A stretch of DNA of 32,000 nt, from contig NC_015735.1 in assembly GCF_000219175.1 (NCBI RefSeq), positions 506,295 to 538,294 on the forward strand, read 5' to 3'. The DNA comes from Candidatus Moranella endobia PCIT (GTDB taxonomy: Bacteria > Pseudomonadota > Gammaproteobacteria > Enterobacterales > Enterobacteriaceae). The notes beneath the pieces were generated by a model. That model searched no databases. It saw only the letters and a list, made by a program, of their open reading frames with translations, and was not told the DNA's origin. Position 1 is the first letter of the stretch. Each line of letters begins with the position of its first letter. Position numbers and translations under genes: made by a program. Of the stretch, positions 28,551 through 32,000 are shown one piece after another.

Positions 28551-30920
28551 TTAGTGACAGAATAGACTTATTATATCAAATATTTCCCTAATCAAGTTTG
28601 CCACGCAGTTGTTGTTTCTCTTCTCATCCTGCGGCTTGGTGAGCTTACTCTTATTAAGCTGCTGTATCTGTACCTGATGCTTGGTTGACTGGCATAGCGA
28701 CTGAGGATCATCCGTCCATACTGGCAATGTCCGCATCGTGCTACCACCGTCACAGACAAAATTACCAGCATAATCAATAGACATCTGGCTAATGCCCTCC
28801 GGCGGTGTTAAGTTCATCGCCAACGGTGCTTTTTTTTCCAGATAACGCCGATATAACGCTAGTGCACCATTGGCCCCGGTTAACTTGGTAGAACCGTTAT
28901 TATCGCGACCAACCCAAGCAATATACACGTCTTGACCGTCAATACCGGCGAACCAGCTATCACGCAGATCATTAGTAGTCCCAGTTTTAGCAGCTAAATG
29001 CGAAGAAGGGAATTGCAACGACAGTGAACTTGATGTGCCATTCGCTACCACCTGTTGCATAGCATATAGCGTCAGGTAAGCAGCTTGGGCTGATACAGCT
29101 CTCTCTGACTGGGGGAAGCTTTGATACAGTACGGTGCCATCTTCCCCGATCACCGCTCGTACCGTTGACAACTTGGCATGTTTTCCACCACTGGCTATCG
29201 TCTGGAACTCCTGTGCTACTTCCATTGGCGTTAGACTGATGGCACCAAGCAACATTGATGGAACTGGATGAATCACAGATGATGGTATTCCTAGCTTTAG
29301 CAAAGTTGTGGTAATACGATCAAGCCCTACCGATAAGCCTAAATTGACCGTTGGCACGTTGAGCGATTTGGCAAACGCATCTACCAGCATCACCTTACTG
29401 CGGAACTGCCGATCATAGTTTTTTGGTGTCCACAAGCTGCCGTTTGGCTGCTTAATGGTCATTGTCTCATCAGCAATCCAGGTATTGAGCCGATATTTAT
29501 CAGGCTCGCTCAGAGCAGTTAGATAGGTAGCTGGTTTGGCAAGAGATCCAACCGAGCGCCGCGCCAGGATAGCTCTGTTAAATCCGGCGAATTGTGGCTC
29601 AGCACCGCCAACCATGGCTCGCACTTCACCACTAAAGCGATCAACCACTACTATTGCGGCTTCTAAATCCTTCACGCCTTGTACGGCGCGAAGCGCTGGC
29701 ACGCCCTCCTTGACAGATTTTTCGGCTGCATACTGCGACCGCGGATCCAAGGTGGTGAAAATCTTGACTCCAGACAGGTCGTTAATTTTTGCGTCTAGCT
29801 GGCTTTGCAGCTCTTCGCGCACCTTCTGCATGAAGGCAGGTTGTGGCGTCAATGCCACCCCACGTGGCTCTACCCCAAGTGGGCGGTTGCTAAGCACGTT
29901 ATAAAGATTGCTGTCGATAATTTTCTGATGTTCCAATACTTTCAGTACTAGATTACGGCGTGCCAGCGCACGCTGAGGGTTAGACCAGGGATTATATAGC
30001 GATGCCCCTTTCACCATTCCTACTAGCAGCGCTTGCTGATCGATACTCAGTTCCTCTAATGGACGACCGAAATAATACAAGCTAGCTAGCGGGAAACCCC
30101 GAATTTGAGCACGGCCACTATGGCCGAGATAAACTTCGTTTAGATATAGCTCTAAAATTTTATCTTTGCTGCAATGATAATCGACGATCAACGCCAGATA
30201 GGCTTCATTGGCCTTGCGCCATAACGAACGTTTATTGGTTAAAAATAGGTTTTTCACCAGCTGCTGCGTTAGCGTACTTCCTCCTTGTACTGTACGTCCA
30301 GCAGTAATATTGGCCATAAATGCGCGGCAGATAGATGAAAGGCGGATACCGTCATGTTTGTAAAAATGTCGATCTTCGGTGGCTATTAGGGTATTAACGA
30401 GCAAGTCTGGGAAACCGGCGCGCGGTACGAATAACCGCTGTTCACCTTTCGGTGATTGCAACATGGTCATCAGCCGCGGATCTAAACGGCAAAAGCCGAA
30501 ATTGCGCTTGGTATCTTGGTTTTTAATCGCCAATAGTTGATTCTTAGAAAACGTCATACGGGCGTGAATATGCCCCTCTTGGCCATCAGGGAAAGCGAAC
30601 GGCCGTCGCAATAGATCGATGCTGTTATTGCGAACAGTGAATTCACCCGGCCGAGTAATGTGTAAGACTTGACGGTATTGCATGCCCTCGAGCAGCGTTG
30701 CCATTTCGCTGCAACTGTATGGCATACCAGGCTCTAGACTAACCATGCGACCATAGACCGCTGCCGGCAGTTGCCATACTTTGCCATTGATGCGCTTGCA
30801 TATCTGCGCATCCCAATAAATGCCATAAATAACGATGACCAACAAAACGATGCATATAAACAATCTCCGCATCTTACACAACTTGCCCACCCTTAACCTC
30901 ACCCAACTTAGCTGCGGCAT
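28551..30920 (-). CDS. mrcB: Bifunctional peptidoglycan glycosyltransferase/transpeptidase PBP1b
   Basis: ORF-track frame to 30923 (TTG). I prefer the adjacent ATG at 30918-30920; an alternative ATG lies at 30870-30872. The glycosyltransferase motifs [10 protein letters not shown] and RKANEAY are present, as are the transpeptidase motifs SLAKP, SLN and KTGTT. It is collinear with E. coli PBP1b from the membrane anchor ([15 protein letters not shown]) onward. The long acidic/basic cytoplasmic N-tail of the E. coli alpha form is absent. Confidence 0.93.
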   Translation of the reverse strand: MPQLSWVRLRVGKLCKMRRLFICIVLLVIVIYGIYWDAQICKRINGKVWQLPAAVYGRMVSLEPGMPYSCSEMATLLEGMQYRQVLHITRPGEFTVRNNSIDLLRRPFAFPDGQEGHIHARMTFSKNQLLAIKNQDTKRNFGFCRLDPRLMTMLQSPKGEQRLFVPRAGFPDLLVNTLIATEDRHFYKHDGIRLSSICRAFMANITAGRTVQGGSTLTQQLVKNLFLTNKRSLWRKANEAYLALIVDYHCSKDKILELYLNEVYLGHSGRAQIRGFPLASLYYFGRPLEELSIDQQALLVGMVKGASLYNPWSNPQRALARRNLVLKVLEHQKIIDSNLYNVLSNRPLGVEPRGVALTPQPAFMQKVREELQSQLDAKINDLSGVKIFTTLDPRSQYAAEKSVKEGVPALRAVQGVKDLEAAIVVVDRFSGEVRAMVGGAEPQFAGFNRAILARRSVGSLAKPATYLTALSEPDKYRLNTWIADETMTIKQPNGSLWTPKNYDRQFRSKVMLVDAFAKSLNVPTVNLGLSVGLDRITTTLLKLGIPSSVIHPVPSMLLGAISLTPMEVAQEFQTIASGGKHAKLSTVRAVIGEDGTVLYQSFPQSERAVSAQAAYLTLYAMQQVVANGTSSSLSLQFPSSHLAAKTGTTNDLRDSWFAGIDGQDVYIAWVGRDNNGSTKLTGANGALALYRRYLEKKAPLAMNLTPPEGISQMSIDYAGNFVCDGGSTMRTLPVWTDDPQSLCQSTKHQVQIQQLNKSKLTKPQDEKRNNNCVANLIREIFDIISLFCH

Positions 30921-30930
30921 CAAGTATACC

Positions 30931-31620
30931 TATGCACTGATCAAGGCGGTCATCTCAATATTATGCCAGCAGCACACGAGCTAGCACAACAAGAATGAAG
31001 CTAAATTGAATTGATAATTCAATATATGAAGTGCAATATAGGGCGCACCTATATCCGCTGCCGCCTTGATCTGCTGCTTATCGGCCTCGATAAACATCGA
31101 ACTCTTAATTCCAGCATTACTCAGTCGAACCACGGCTTGACGTAGTTTATTACGCTGCAATAACTACTTATTTAGTTGGCATTACGGTTGACTATTATAT
31201 TTTAGAAAAAGTACTGTTATCTAAGTGTTTAATTTAGCAAAGAACAAAAGCCATAAGCCATTTACTTGTTACTGACATTGTCAATTATCACCTATTTTTA
31301 CGCATGGCCATAGCTGCTCGGTGCATTTACGAACTGCAACAAGTACTATCTTCTATGTGCAGCCCATAGTTTGGGTTTATGGGCGACCTTATAATTTCCT
31401 AGTGGACCTAGATATTTTGCAATCTCTTAAACCTGTGACGGGCAGATGTGATTTTATCATTACCTTGAGCTGTACCACACTAATCCACCTTAGTTATTGG
31501 TTATGTACGGCATAAAGTTATCCAAAAAAAAACCAATCTGGGATGGACGGATCAGATCAAGTAATGTTTGCTCCAACGTGATGTCGATAGGTATATTATT
31601 TACATACAGTTAGTGCGCCA
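30931..31620 (-). pseudogene. pdxJ: Heavily degraded pdxJ (pyridoxine 5'-phosphate synthase)
   Basis: A minus-strand open stretch (about 31030-31165) reads LQRNKLRQAVVRLSNAGIKSSMFIEADKQQIKAAADIGAPYIALHI. The E. coli PdxJ counterpart is [46 protein letters not shown], and I count 27/46 identical. Flanking collinear fragments lie in shifted frames with stops: ..IDITLEQ.., LVWYSSR***NHICPSQV (ITVHLREDRRHITDRDV), LTMSVTSKWLMA (LEMAVTEEMLAI) and CCWHNIEMTALISA* (LTYHNVKAIAAIPE). Internal deletions are present and the last ~35 codons are missing. Confidence 0.8.
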
Positions 31621-32000
31621 ATAGCGGATAAAAAAGTCACGTTTATGTGTATGAAACGCCAACACGTCAGCATAAACTACAGCTGTTGGCAACCAATGTG
31701 AGCTAAACGCTGCAGCGATAAGTAATTAATTACTTTTCAGTGAATTGATTGCGCCTGATGTTAATGTCCTTGACACTATCGAACATTGCGAGTTGGTGTG
31801 TTTGTGTTGATTAATTTGCCAACTACTTCTATCCACCCTATATTTTGCTACGCGACTTGGGATGCTCAGTGAGAAGGCGATCTATTTAGTTATGATAATG
31901 CTGCCAGGTTATTAACATTTATTATTGTGCCGCTAGGATTTCCTATATCATCGATGAAAAGCCTTTCTTAGAGGACTATTTAAAATAAAACTACATTCAG

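Noticed and set aside
31006-31024. Palindrome ATTGAATT gat AATTCAAT, which resembles an ARG box or a Fur box.
   Set aside because: The spacing is wrong for an ARG box (5 nt rather than 4 between TGAAT and ATTCA). The Fur-box match breaks down after TGATAAT. It lies inside the A/T-rich pdxJ corpse, where such palindromes arise easily.
30940-31071. An 11-bp inverted repeat, GATCAAGGCGG ... CCGCCTTGATC, 110 nt apart upstream of mrcB.
   Set aside because: Both arms fall in recognisable pdxJ-derived coding fragments (..TALIS.. and ..QIKAA..), so the complementarity may be coincidental. A leader stem-loop for mrcB is possible, but I have no support beyond the repeat itself.
31321-31515. A 64-aa plus-strand ORF in the right-hand A/T-rich region. 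The 89-aa ORF at 26407..26676 is a similar case.
   Set aside because: The first is antisense to the pdxJ remnant. The second runs antisense over the tusD 5' end into the spacer. Neither has an SD, a recognisable motif or a conserved context.

Overview
This window is vertically inherited housekeeping DNA from an Enterobacterales-type gammaproteobacterium, roughly mid-40s % GC by eye (not computed). Every intact protein is collinear with an E. coli core protein. I support 22 protein genes: secE (partial), tuf, lptG, lptF, holC, valS, argI, nrdB, nrdA, gyrA, trxB, cydD, cydC, infA, fusA, rpsG, rpsL, tusB, tusC, tusD, tilS and mrcB. I also support the thrU-tyrU-glyT-thrT tRNA cluster and several sigma70-like promoters. 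I found no transposase or IS element, CRISPR array, prophage, toxin-antitoxin pair or defence-type cluster, and no unexplained multi-gene accessory island. I therefore do not think a novel multi-gene system is hidden here. What is unusual is ongoing reductive genome evolution of the kind seen in host-restricted (Sodalis-like or insect-symbiont-like) lineages; that taxonomic guess is inference only. The main signals are: (1) a three-piece miniature of the tuf-secE locus sitting in the tufA slot after fusA; (2) recognisable gene corpses of pdxJ, yfaE and pepA, and possibly yheO and recO; (3) about eight E. coli synteny blocks stitched together in 32 kb; (4) a ~40-bp repeat flanking argI; (5) short perfect tandem duplications in spacers; (6) substitutions at near-invariant residues (GyrA Ser83Met, EF-Tu GGRTVG to GGHTVG, S12 Arg83His). 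All coordinates, alignments and translations were done by hand from the sequence and the ORF track. Nothing was searched against a database.
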